A DNA stretch of 64,000 bases from Bacteroidota bacterium (GTDB lineage Bacteria; Bacteroidota; Bacteroidia; Bacteroidales; P3). Location: the NCBI GenBank assembly GCA_023415495.1, contig JAEZKK010000023.1, positions 145,323 to 209,322 on the forward strand. Direction: 5' to 3'. The translations under genes were made by a program, and so were the position numbers. Positions 36,318 through 45,410 of the stretch are shown here, one piece after another (position 1 is the first letter of the stretch; each line of letters begins with the position of its first letter). The notes beneath the pieces are model-generated. The model was not told where the DNA came from, ran no database searches, and worked only from the letters and a program-made list of their open reading frames with translations.

Positions 36318-38163
36318 ATTTCATTTTCATTAGGCATTCTTGGCAGTCGAAGGTTATTTGGTAGGTGTTTTTGTTGTCTTTGAGATATAGGGGTTGGTTA
36401 TAGTCTTTTGGGAGGTTGTTTTTCAGTTTGCAATAGCCCAATTGGAATAAAATGCAATGGCGAGAGGTGAATATTTCCTTGTTTTCAAAGTTCAGAGTTT
36501 CATCTAATCCTTTTTCAATTTCCTCTACTCCATGTCTCTTAAAGAATTCTATGGCTTTTTGATTTATTATGTTTGCCCTATAATCTAATTTGGTTTGAAA
36601 ATAAGGGTAGTTATTTGGTTTGAACTCCTTTGGTTGGGGTTTATTCTCCTCTATTCTTTTTCTTTCTAAACTCTCGCAAGCTTTTCTTCTTAGAGAATTG
36701 ATATAACTATTTGGGAAGAAGTATTTTTCTTTTGTATTGTTTGTAAAGCTTTTTAGATAGAAGGGTGTTTGTCCTAATGCAGCGATTTGGTTTAGTAGTT
36801 TTTCATCATAAGAGTCAAGATTTTTGGCTTTTGTCTTTTCAAAATCCTCATTTACCCTTACTTCTACCTCTGATTCGTCTTTAATAATTAGTTCAAAGCC
36901 ATTTAATGTTTCCTCAAGGATAATATCCACCCCTATCCTCCTTCTTGTCTTGCTCTGCAATAGGGATTTTTCAAATGCTTTATCGTAGTTTCTATATATT
37001 GGTGTAGAGATATTTAATTCTAATTCTTTATTGGGTTTAATCCAAATACCATCAAATCCATTCACTAAAAAACCTTGGATATTATTATTATTATCCTTAT
37101 CCATAAACCATAATCCATCACCATTTTCCATTTTCACTTTATTGTCTAAGGCAAAACTATTTCCTTTAATTCTCTCTATCTTACCTAAATACTCTCCTTT
37201 TGCTCTTGGATTGTGAATATCTCCAATCTCAGATTTCCTTTCCTCTAAATAGAAATTGGTAAAGCCACGATTAAAACTCTTATAGGGGTTGGGCTGAAAT
37301 TCAATATCAACCCTACCAATAGATGAACGAGTATATTTCTCTGGATTATTATTTATACACTTATCTATTTCTCTTCGGTAATAGGCAGTAATATTTTTTA
37401 AATAAGTTATATCCTTTAATCTACCCTCTATCTTAAATGAGGTTATTCCAGAGGATATGAGCTGGGGGATTAATTCACTTGCATTAAAATCTTTAGGTGA
37501 AAGGAGGTATTTGTCTTTAATTAAAATCTTGCCTTCTTGATTTACTAAAGTATATTTATTCCTACATGGTTGAGCACAAACTCCCCTATTACCTGAGCGT
37601 GAAGTAAGAGCAAGAGATAAGTAACATTGTCCTGAAAGTCCTGAACATAGAGCTCCATGAACAAAGGCTTCTAATTCTATATTAGGAGAAAAATTATATA
37701 TTCTATCAATTTGATTTAGGGATAATTCTCTTGCAAGGACTACTCTTTGAATACCTATCTTTTCCAAGAAATCTACCTTCTCCTTAGTGAAATTATTCAT
37801 CTGGGTTGAAGCATGTATAGGAATTGGAGGTAGGTTTAACTCCAAAATTCCTAAGTCTTGGATAATTATTGCATCAGCTCCAATTTGGTAAAGCTTATGA
37901 ATAAAACTCTCTACTTGAAGTAATTCATTATCATATAAGAGGGTATTGACTGTTATATAGACCTTGACCGAGAAAAGATGAGCATAAGAAATAAGCTCTG
38001 CTAAATCCTCAATACTATTACCTACCGAGGCTCTCGCTCCATAACCCTCTCCTCCAATATATAAGGCATCAGCTCCGTAATCCACAGCAGCCTTGCCATA
38101 TTCTAAGTTCTTGGCAGGTGAAAGCAGCTCAATCTTTCTCAAATCCCTTTTTATTTCAAGCAA
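36307..38163 (-). CDS. U32 family peptidase-like protein
   Basis: 618 aa. Motifs ELLSPA, GADALYIGG and E.FVHGALC.S.SGQC are diagnostic of family U32. There is no ATG near the N-terminus; candidate starts are TTG at 38163 or 38142. Overlaps the pdxJ end. Confidence 0.8.
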   Translation of the reverse strand: MLEIKRDLRKIELLSPAKNLEYGKAAVDYGADALYIGGEGYGARASVGNSIEDLAELISYAHLFSVKVYITVNTLLYDNELLQVESFIHKLYQIGADAIIIQDLGILELNLPPIPIHASTQMNNFTKEKVDFLEKIGIQRVVLARELSLNQIDRIYNFSPNIELEAFVHGALCSGLSGQCYLSLALTSRSGNRGVCAQPCRNKYTLVNQEGKILIKDKYLLSPKDFNASELIPQLISSGITSFKIEGRLKDITYLKNITAYYRREIDKCINNNPEKYTRSSIGRVDIEFQPNPYKSFNRGFTNFYLEERKSEIGDIHNPRAKGEYLGKIERIKGNSFALDNKVKMENGDGLWFMDKDNNNNIQGFLVNGFDGIWIKPNKELELNISTPIYRNYDKAFEKSLLQSKTRRRIGVDIILEETLNGFELIIKDESEVEVRVNEDFEKTKAKNLDSYDEKLLNQIAALGQTPFYLKSFTNNTKEKYFFPNSYINSLRRKACESLERKRIEENKPQPKEFKPNNYPYFQTKLDYRANIINQKAIEFFKRHGVEEIEKGLDETLNFENKEIFTSRHCILFQLGYCKLKNNLPKDYNQPLYLKDNKNTYQITFDCQECLMKMKFIL

Positions 38164-38861
38164 CGCTTATACAATTCTACTGTATTCTTAATTCCATAAT
38201 AGAGAGAATCGCAAATAAGAGCATGCCCAATGGATACCTCCAAAAGGTTTGGAATCATATTCTTAAAATATTCTAAGTTCTCAAGATTAAGGTCATGTCC
38301 TGCGTTAAGTCCTAAAGATGCTTTCTCTGCTGCCTTTGCTGCAATTACATATTCCTTAATTGCCTCTTCCTTATTCTTGGAATAATCTCTGGCATAAGCC
38401 TCTGTATATAATTCTACTCTATCTGCTCCTATCTCTTTTGCTCCAAAAACCATATCTTCTGCAGGATTAACAAATACCGAAACCCTTGAATAAGTCTTCA
38501 TTTCAGATATAATTTCACTAAGAAAGGCTTTATATTTGATAGTATCCCATCCTGAATTGGAGGTAATTGCTCCAGGAGGATCTGGAACAAGAGTAATTTG
38601 GTGAGGCTTAATCTCTTTTACAAGCGATATAAATTCTTTACTCGGATATCCTTCGATATTAAATTCAGTACTTAATATAGGTTTTAAATCTCTTACATCC
38701 TGATAACGAATATGTCTTTCATCTGGCCGAGGATGCACAGTAATTCCCTCTGCTCCAAAGCTCTCAATATCCAAAGCCATTTTTATTAAATCAGGAAGAT
38801 TACCTCCTCTTGCATTCCTCAGAGTTGCAATCTTATTTATATTAACGCTTAATTTAGTCAT
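38151..38861 (-). CDS. pdxJ: pyridoxine 5'-phosphate synthase
   Basis: 236 aa. Motifs LSVNI..IATLRNARGG, HPRPDERH, LVPD and GHAL. Confidence 0.9.
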   Translation of the reverse strand: MTKLSVNINKIATLRNARGGNLPDLIKMALDIESFGAEGITVHPRPDERHIRYQDVRDLKPILSTEFNIEGYPSKEFISLVKEIKPHQITLVPDPPGAITSNSGWDTIKYKAFLSEIISEMKTYSRVSVFVNPAEDMVFGAKEIGADRVELYTEAYARDYSKNKEEAIKEYVIAAKAAEKASLGLNAGHDLNLENLEYFKNMIPNLLEVSIGHALICDSLYYGIKNTVELYKRCLK

Positions 38862-38905
38862 AGAATTAAAAATTAAATAGCTTAGCTAAAACATCTAAGC
38901 GTTTG

Positions 38906-38913
38906 CAAAAATA
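38906..38913 (-). promoter_or_regulatory. -7 box for pdxJ
   Basis: CAAAAATA equals TATTTTTG on the minus strand. Confidence 0.5.
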
Positions 38914-39022
38914 CAACCAAATCAGAGATAAATAAAATCATATATTAAAATAATACGATTTTTTGCTTGAAATAAATCTTGTAAAACTTAGTATTAAAGT
39001 CAATTAATAGGACTTTGAACTA

Positions 39023-39195
39023 TTTTTTCTTGATTTCAATCTCTAATTCATGGCATGATACTCTGCATATCATGCCATGATATTGTCAGAATCATGGCAT
39101 GATGTTACCGGAATCATGGCATGATGTTGACAGAATCATGCCATGATGTTGAGAACTTCATGGCATGATGTTGAGATTGAAATCAAGAAAAAAAA
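39023..39195. mobile_element. MITE-like element D: 21-bp perfect inverted repeats enclosing a 6 x 22-bp TCATG-S-CATGA array
   Basis: TTTTTTCTTGATTTCAATCTC at 39023-39043 pairs with GAGATTGAAATCAAGAAAAAA at 39173-39193. Core centres at 39053, 39075, 39097, 39119, 39141 and 39163 are exactly 22 bp apart. Confidence 0.8.
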
Positions 39196-39428
39196 GTTTG
39201 AATCTTGATTTGATTAGTTCTTTATTTGATTTTGCTACTCTAAACTCAAGGATATTTTCTTTTATTGCAAGGATAACTTGTATTTTAAAACTCAAGAGCT
39301 GAAAGAATAGGGTTCTAAAATAAATTCAATTTGATTGGTTTCAATTTTTTATCGTATCTTTGAAGGTTAATTATACTGTCTTCTGCAGGATAATTATCTT
39401 GAAAAAAGGAAAAGATTTAAATATATAT

Positions 39429-41204
39429 ATGGAAAAAACATGGGTAATAAAACCAAGGGGAGATGAAAGATTAGTAGATGAATTAGCAAGAGAACTTACA
39501 GTAGATAAGGATGGTAAACCTGAAGACAAACAGGTTTATAATATTATTTCCAACCTCTTAGTTCAAAGAGGGATTAAGGATTACGAGAGTGCTAAGGACT
39601 TTTTCAGACCCTCTCTTTCCAAACTGCACGACCCCTATCTTTTAAATGATATGGATATCGCCGTAGAGAGGATTCTTTTTGCCCAAAAGGGTTCTGAGAA
39701 AATTTTAGTTTATGGGGATTATGACGTTGATGGGACTTCGGCAGTAGCTTTGGTATATTCTTATTTAGAAACTTTTTGTACTGGCGTGGAATTCTATATT
39801 CCTGACCGTTATACTGAAGGTTATGGGGTTTCTTATCAATCTATTGATTGGGCTCTTGAGAATGGAATAAAACTAATTATTGCTTTGGATTGTGGGATTA
39901 AGGCTATTGAACAAGTTAAGTATGCCAAGGAAAGGGGAATTGACTTTATAATCTGCGACCACCACCTTCCGAGCGAAGAACTTCCTGATGCATGTGCTAT
40001 TCTTAATCCAAAGAGATTAGATTCGACTTATCCTTACAAGGAACTTTCGGGTTGTGGAATAGGTTTCAAACTAATACATGCTATTAATAATCAAAGAAAT
40101 CAAGCTTTTGAGAAACTACATCATTATCTCGATTTAGTTGCAATATCTATTGCTGCTGACGTTGTGCCAATTACTGGGGAGAATAGGATTTTGGCCTTTT
40201 TTGGTTTGAAAGTTATTAATAAAATGCCAAGACCTGGTCTTGAAGCGATTTTAGAGTATAGTAAGGTATTGCATGTTGAGGATAATCTGCCTTTTTATTT
40301 CAATAGGGAGCTATCCTTAAGCGATTTGGTATTTCTTGTAGGACCAAGAATCAATGCAGCTGGGAGAATAGAAACAGGGAAGCACTCTGTTGAACTATTG
40401 ATTTGCAAGAAAAAGGAGGAGGCTGCGAAAATTGCTAAGCAAATCAATAATAATAATGACCAAAGGAGGAAATTTGACATTGAAGCTACTGAGCAGGCAT
40501 TAGAAATGATAGACACTTTGCCTGAATATAAGAATTCTAAGTCCACAGTGGTATATAATAAGGATTGGAATAAGGGAGTTGTGGGTATAGTTGCCTCAAG
40601 ACTAATTGAGAAATGCTATAAGCCAACAATTGTTTTTACAAAAAGCAATGGACATATTACAGGGTCGGCTCGTTCTGTCAAAGATTTTGATATATATGCA
40701 GCAATAGAGTCCTGTTCTCACTTACTTGAGCATTTTGGAGGGCATAAATTTGCAGCAGGGCTATCCCTAAAGGAAGAAAATCTTGAAGAATTTAAGAGAT
40801 TATTCGAAAAACAGGTAGAAGAAAATATTAGCGATAAGCAATCTCAAAGAGAAATAGATATAGATATGCAAATTTCTCTTAGCGATATAAGTCCTAAGCT
40901 CTTTAGAATACTTAATCAATTCTCTCCTTTTGGTCCTGAGAATAGTATTCCAGTATTTCAATCTAATAATGTAGTTGATACTGGGCTTGGCAGGCCTGTT
41001 GGGGCAAATCACTTGAAGTTAAATGTTCTTCATCTAAATGTTAGACATAATCCCTTTGCTTGCATTGGGTTTGGTCTAAGCAGTTATTATAAAGACATTA
41101 GAGGAGAGAAACCATTTGATATTTGTTATCAGATAGATGAGAACCTATGGAATGGCAAAACCTCTTTACAATTAAAATTAATGGACATTAGAATTAATAA
41201 ATAA
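39429..41204 (+). CDS. recJ: single-stranded-DNA-specific exonuclease RecJ
   Basis: DHH motifs (GDYDVDGTS, DCG, CDHH) and a DHHA1 motif (GGH..AAG). I use the ATG at 39429; the track's TTG extension from 39360 adds a hydrophobic, non-conserved peptide. Confidence 0.9.
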   Translation: MEKTWVIKPRGDERLVDELARELTVDKDGKPEDKQVYNIISNLLVQRGIKDYESAKDFFRPSLSKLHDPYLLNDMDIAVERILFAQKGSEKILVYGDYDVDGTSAVALVYSYLETFCTGVEFYIPDRYTEGYGVSYQSIDWALENGIKLIIALDCGIKAIEQVKYAKERGIDFIICDHHLPSEELPDACAILNPKRLDSTYPYKELSGCGIGFKLIHAINNQRNQAFEKLHHYLDLVAISIAADVVPITGENRILAFFGLKVINKMPRPGLEAILEYSKVLHVEDNLPFYFNRELSLSDLVFLVGPRINAAGRIETGKHSVELLICKKKEEAAKIAKQINNNNDQRRKFDIEATEQALEMIDTLPEYKNSKSTVVYNKDWNKGVVGIVASRLIEKCYKPTIVFTKSNGHITGSARSVKDFDIYAAIESCSHLLEHFGGHKFAAGLSLKEENLEEFKRLFEKQVEENISDKQSQREIDIDMQISLSDISPKLFRILNQFSPFGPENSIPVFQSNNVVDTGLGRPVGANHLKLNVLHLNVRHNPFACIGFGLSSYYKDIRGEKPFDICYQIDENLWNGKTSLQLKLMDIRINK

Positions 41205-41243
41205 ACAACTCAACAAATAAACAACTAAACATTAAATATAGAA

Positions 41244-42926
41244 ATGGCATTAGAAGAAAAGAAAATTATATTTTCTATGGTAGGAGTAGGGAAGGTTTTC
41301 CCTCCAAATAAGCAAGTTTTGAAAGATATTTATCTTTCATTTTACTATGGAGCTAAAATCGGGATAATTGGTTTAAATGGGTCAGGGAAATCTACCCTTT
41401 TAAAGATAATTGCAGGGATGGACAATTCTCATCTTGGAGATGTTCACTTTTCTCCAGGCTATAGCGTAGGGATGCTTGAACAAGACCCTAAGCTTGATGA
41501 TAATAAAACAGTTAAAGAAGCAATTCTTGAAGGAGTTAAGGAAGTAGCTGATATTGTTGCAGAATATGAAGCCATAAATAATAAATTTGCTGAACCTATG
41601 AGCGACGATGAGATGAATAAGCTAATCGAACGCCAAGGTGAGGTTATGGAATTAATGGAACAACATGATGCATGGAACCTTGATAATAAATTAGAAAGAG
41701 CAATGGATGCTCTTCGTTGCCCAGAGGAAGACTCTTTAATCAAGACTCTTTCTGGAGGAGAAAGACGTAGAGTTGCTCTTTGTCGTTTATTATTACAAGA
41801 ACCAGATATCTTATTATTAGACGAACCTACAAACCACTTGGATGCTGAAAGTATTGATTGGTTGGAGCAACATCTTAAACAATACAAGGGCACAGTTATT
41901 GCTGTAACCCACGATAGGTATTTCTTAGATAATGTTGCTGGATGGATTTTGGAATTAGATAGAGGCGAGGGTATTCCTTGGGAAGGAAATTATTCTTCTT
42001 GGTTAGAGCAAAAGACCAAGAGAATGGAAATGGAAGAAAAAACTGAAAGCAAGAGAAGGAAAACACTTGAAAGAGAATTAGAATGGGTTAGAATGAGCCC
42101 TAAAGCAAGACACGCTAAAGGGAAAGCTCGTTTGAATGCTTATGAACAAATGCTTTCTCAAGACAGCAAAGATAAGGAAGATAAATTAGAGATATTTATT
42201 CCTAATGGTCCAAGATTGGGTAATAAGGTTATTGAGGTAAATAATATTAGCAAGGCTTTTGGGGATAAGATTCTATTTGAAAATCTTAGCTTCTCATTAC
42301 CACCTGCTGGTATTGTAGGGGTTATTGGACCTAACGGAGCTGGTAAGACTACTTTATTTAGAATGATAATGGGATTACAGACTCCAGATACTGGAAGTTT
42401 TGAGGTAGGAGACACTGTAAAGGTTGGTTATGTTGACCAACAACATGAAGAGATTGACCCTAAGAAATCGGTTTGGGAAGTTATTTCTGGAGGAAATGAA
42501 CAAATACAGGTTGGTTCAAGAATGATTAATTCAAGAGCCTATGTATCAAGATTCAATTTTGCTGGAACTGACCAAAGCAAGAAAACAGGAATACTTTCAG
42601 GTGGGGAAAGAAATAGATTGCATTTAGCTATGACTTTAAAATCTGAAGCAAATGTTTTACTATTAGATGAGCCTACTAACGATATTGACGTAAACACTCT
42701 TAGAGCCTTAGAAGAGGGACTTGAGAACTTTGCTGGTTGTGCTGTGGTTATTTCTCACGATAGATGGTTCTTGGATAGAATTGCTACACATATACTTGCT
42801 TTTGAAGGAAATTCTGAGGTTTATTTCTTCGAGGGGTCTTATACAGAATATGAAGAAAACCGCAAGAAAAGACTTGGAGATATTACTCCTAAGAGAACAA
42901 GATATAGAAAACTTATTGCAGATTAA
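41244..42926 (+). CDS. ettA: energy-dependent translational throttle protein EttA (ABC-F)
   Basis: 560 aa. Two ABC cassettes (GLNGSGKST; GPNGAGKTT; two LSGGE signatures). The N-terminus and size are typical of EttA. Confidence 0.9.
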   Translation: MALEEKKIIFSMVGVGKVFPPNKQVLKDIYLSFYYGAKIGIIGLNGSGKSTLLKIIAGMDNSHLGDVHFSPGYSVGMLEQDPKLDDNKTVKEAILEGVKEVADIVAEYEAINNKFAEPMSDDEMNKLIERQGEVMELMEQHDAWNLDNKLERAMDALRCPEEDSLIKTLSGGERRRVALCRLLLQEPDILLLDEPTNHLDAESIDWLEQHLKQYKGTVIAVTHDRYFLDNVAGWILELDRGEGIPWEGNYSSWLEQKTKRMEMEEKTESKRRKTLERELEWVRMSPKARHAKGKARLNAYEQMLSQDSKDKEDKLEIFIPNGPRLGNKVIEVNNISKAFGDKILFENLSFSLPPAGIVGVIGPNGAGKTTLFRMIMGLQTPDTGSFEVGDTVKVGYVDQQHEEIDPKKSVWEVISGGNEQIQVGSRMINSRAYVSRFNFAGTDQSKKTGILSGGERNRLHLAMTLKSEANVLLLDEPTNDIDVNTLRALEEGLENFAGCAVVISHDRWFLDRIATHILAFEGNSEVYFFEGSYTEYEENRKKRLGDITPKRTRYRKLIAD

Positions 42927-42935
42927 TTGATTTAT

Positions 42936-45410
42936 ATGCTTAGAAAGATTAGTATTCTAACTCTTTTATTATTAATTTCCTGTGCTTTTAATGCTGATTT
43001 ATTAGCACAGGAAAATAATTTTAAGGGACAGATTTTAGATATTGAAAGTAAACAAGGAGTTCCTTTTGCTACTCTGAGTTATGTAATTGAAGGAAGTGGC
43101 TATGGGGCTACTTCTGATTTTGAAGGGAATTTCACAATAGATATTCATCAGGATATTGATAGCATTATGATTTCCCATCTTGCTTATAGCCCTATTTACT
43201 TCAAGGTTGCAAATCTTAAAAAGAAGAATACTAAGATTTATCTAAAACCCCTTGCTAATCAAATACAAGAAATAGTTATAACTGCAAAGAAAGAGAAATA
43301 CTCTAACAAAAACAATCCTGCTGTTGATTATATTAGAAATGTTATAGATAAAAAGGCAGATAATCAAATTATCAATTACTCTCCTTTGAATTACCAATCT
43401 CATAATAAATCCCTTATCGCCTTGGACAATATGGGAGATAAGGAGATTAAACGCTTGGGATTAAAGTCAATTAAAGGACTTATGAGTAATTTAGAACCAA
43501 CTTATTTTGGAAACACTGATTATCTCCCTATTTATTTCTTTGAAGAGCTTACTTCAATTTATGCCGGGAAGAATACCCCTTTTGAAGAGCAGGTATTAAA
43601 AACCAAGGATATTGAATTAATGGAGGTATTGGATCATGAGAAGGCCAAACAAATCAAATCTACTTTCTTTTCCAAGATAAATCTTTATGACGACTACATT
43701 AATATATTAGGAAATCAATTAATGAGTCCTTTACACTCTGCCTCTCCAAGCTTTTATAAGTTCTTTATAGAAGATACTGTTATTTTGGAGGGAAGAGAAT
43801 GTATTGTTATTGACTTTATCCCAAGAAATATCTATGACCTTGGATTCTTAGGCGATATATATCTTACTAATGATGGCAAATACGAACTTATAAAGGCAGA
43901 GCTAAGCTTATCACAATGGGCTAATATTAATTTTGTTGATAAGATATACTTTACTCAAAAGTTTAAAACAGATAGTTTGGATATTCGTGGGAATAAAAAG
44001 CTAATTACTTATATTGAAGAGGATGCAGTATATGCAAAACTAAAGATTTATGGTCTTAAAGTTTATGGTTATAGTATAAATAATTACTCCACTCCTTCTT
44101 TTGCTGAATACAAAATAAAGAAAGATTCAGAATTAAGCCTAATAGACTTAGACCAAAATACGAGAATTTCAAAACTAAGTGATATTGAAAAGAAAACCTA
44201 TCAATTACCAGATAGTTTAAATAAAATTACATGGTTTAGAATAACTAAATTCCTTTCTCAAAGTTTTTATGGTGGATATTTTGTATCTGGTCCATTAGCT
44301 TTTGGACCTTTAGATAATACTGTTTCTTTTAATGATATTGAAGGAACAAGACTAAGGTTTAGCGGTAAAACTAATTACAAACTAAGCAGAAGGGTTTATG
44401 TGAATTGGTTATTGGCATACGGTACAAAAGATGAGAAATTCAAATATGATTTAGATTTAAAATACAGTTTTAACACCCAAGGAAAAACCCCAATGTATTA
44501 TCCTGCAAATTATTTGGGTGCTAAGATTACAAATAACACCTTCGTACCGAGTCAAACTCTCGGAGGGAGCAATTATGACAGAATTAGTCTATCTCTTACA
44601 AATATTCTTAACTTTAAATTAGCTATTGAAGAATCATATCTTTTCCAATGGTATAAACAATCTCGTAAAGGATTTATATTTAATCCTTATATAAAGCTCC
44701 AAAAGGTAGATGCTTATGGGAATTGGACATTTGAAAACTTATTAGGAAAAGAAATAAAAGGCTTTGAGTATAATCGAATTGGTTTGAATTTTAGTATTAC
44801 TCTCAATGGCAGGATAATTCCAAGCTTTAGACCTAAATATAAGCAAGGAGTAAATAGAACTAATCTATCTTTTAATTATGAGTATGGATTTGAAAATACT
44901 CATTTATTAAAACTAAGAGCTTCGAGGAAATATAATTTTATGCCTTTAGGTTATATGAATGTTTGGGCTGAGGCTGGGAATATCTGGGGGAGAATGCTTT
45001 CTCCTTATCTTTTTGTAAACCCAACTTTCAATAATATTGTTTATAGTCGAACTTCATTTAATCTTATGCGTCCATTGGAATTCTATTCAGATAGATATAT
45101 ACAATTTATGGCTGCATATAATATGAATGGTTATATATTCAACAGAATTCCATTAATAAGGAAACTAAAACTTAGAGAGGAATTTAATATTAAGATCGCT
45201 CACGGAAGCCTTAGAGATGAAAATAGGTTTATGATTAATGGTTTTGAAGCAAAATCCTTTGGCAATAAACCTTATGTTGAAGCAGGTTTTGGTTTCCAAA
45301 ATCTTTTCGGAATTCTTGGAGCAGAATATATACAAAGATTAACCCATAATGAGAATATCCCAAACAACCAGAAATGGGGAATAAGACTAAACCTTGTCTT
45401 TGGTTTCTAA
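42936..45410 (+). CDS. carboxypeptidase-regulatory-like domain plus DUF5686-like outer-membrane-associated protein
   Basis: About 824 aa with a signal peptide. Has an N-terminal CarboxypepD_reg-like segment (G.ILD..S..GVPFATL......GATSDFEGNF) and a C-terminal beta-rich region ending in F. ATG at 42936 is preferred over the TTG at 42927. Confidence 0.6.
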   Translation: MLRKISILTLLLLISCAFNADLLAQENNFKGQILDIESKQGVPFATLSYVIEGSGYGATSDFEGNFTIDIHQDIDSIMISHLAYSPIYFKVANLKKKNTKIYLKPLANQIQEIVITAKKEKYSNKNNPAVDYIRNVIDKKADNQIINYSPLNYQSHNKSLIALDNMGDKEIKRLGLKSIKGLMSNLEPTYFGNTDYLPIYFFEELTSIYAGKNTPFEEQVLKTKDIELMEVLDHEKAKQIKSTFFSKINLYDDYINILGNQLMSPLHSASPSFYKFFIEDTVILEGRECIVIDFIPRNIYDLGFLGDIYLTNDGKYELIKAELSLSQWANINFVDKIYFTQKFKTDSLDIRGNKKLITYIEEDAVYAKLKIYGLKVYGYSINNYSTPSFAEYKIKKDSELSLIDLDQNTRISKLSDIEKKTYQLPDSLNKITWFRITKFLSQSFYGGYFVSGPLAFGPLDNTVSFNDIEGTRLRFSGKTNYKLSRRVYVNWLLAYGTKDEKFKYDLDLKYSFNTQGKTPMYYPANYLGAKITNNTFVPSQTLGGSNYDRISLSLTNILNFKLAIEESYLFQWYKQSRKGFIFNPYIKLQKVDAYGNWTFENLLGKEIKGFEYNRIGLNFSITLNGRIIPSFRPKYKQGVNRTNLSFNYEYGFENTHLLKLRASRKYNFMPLGYMNVWAEAGNIWGRMLSPYLFVNPTFNNIVYSRTSFNLMRPLEFYSDRYIQFMAAYNMNGYIFNRIPLIRKLKLREEFNIKIAHGSLRDENRFMINGFEAKSFGNKPYVEAGFGFQNLFGILGAEYIQRLTHNENIPNNQKWGIRLNLVFGF

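Noticed and set aside
39047-39169. The repeat-spacer look of the 22-bp arrays (also at 1886-1970, 11125-11183, 22847-22931 and 56729-56873) could be read as CRISPR.
   Set aside because: Repeats of 11-13 nt with 9-11-nt spacers are far below CRISPR dimensions. The arrays have only 3-7 units, there are no cas genes in the window, and the spacers are partly conserved between units.
39360-39428. N-terminal extensions produced by TTG starts in the track: recJ 39360, purQ 51936, rnhB 52684, TrmH 57736, secreted protein 54615, DUF5686-like 42927 and membrane protein 35096.
   Set aside because: Several of these TTGs are the TTG of the TAnnTTTG -7 box itself (51936, 54615, 57736). The added residues are not part of the conserved N-termini, and an in-frame ATG follows at the expected position.
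45387-45410. 24-nt convergent overlap of the DUF5686-like gene and the ABC-F gene, and the TAATG/ATGA-type 1-14-nt overlaps at 1058, 2975, 16291, 34171 and 63862-63875.
   Set aside because: These are common features of compact bacterial genomes and of translational coupling. Nothing about them is unusual.
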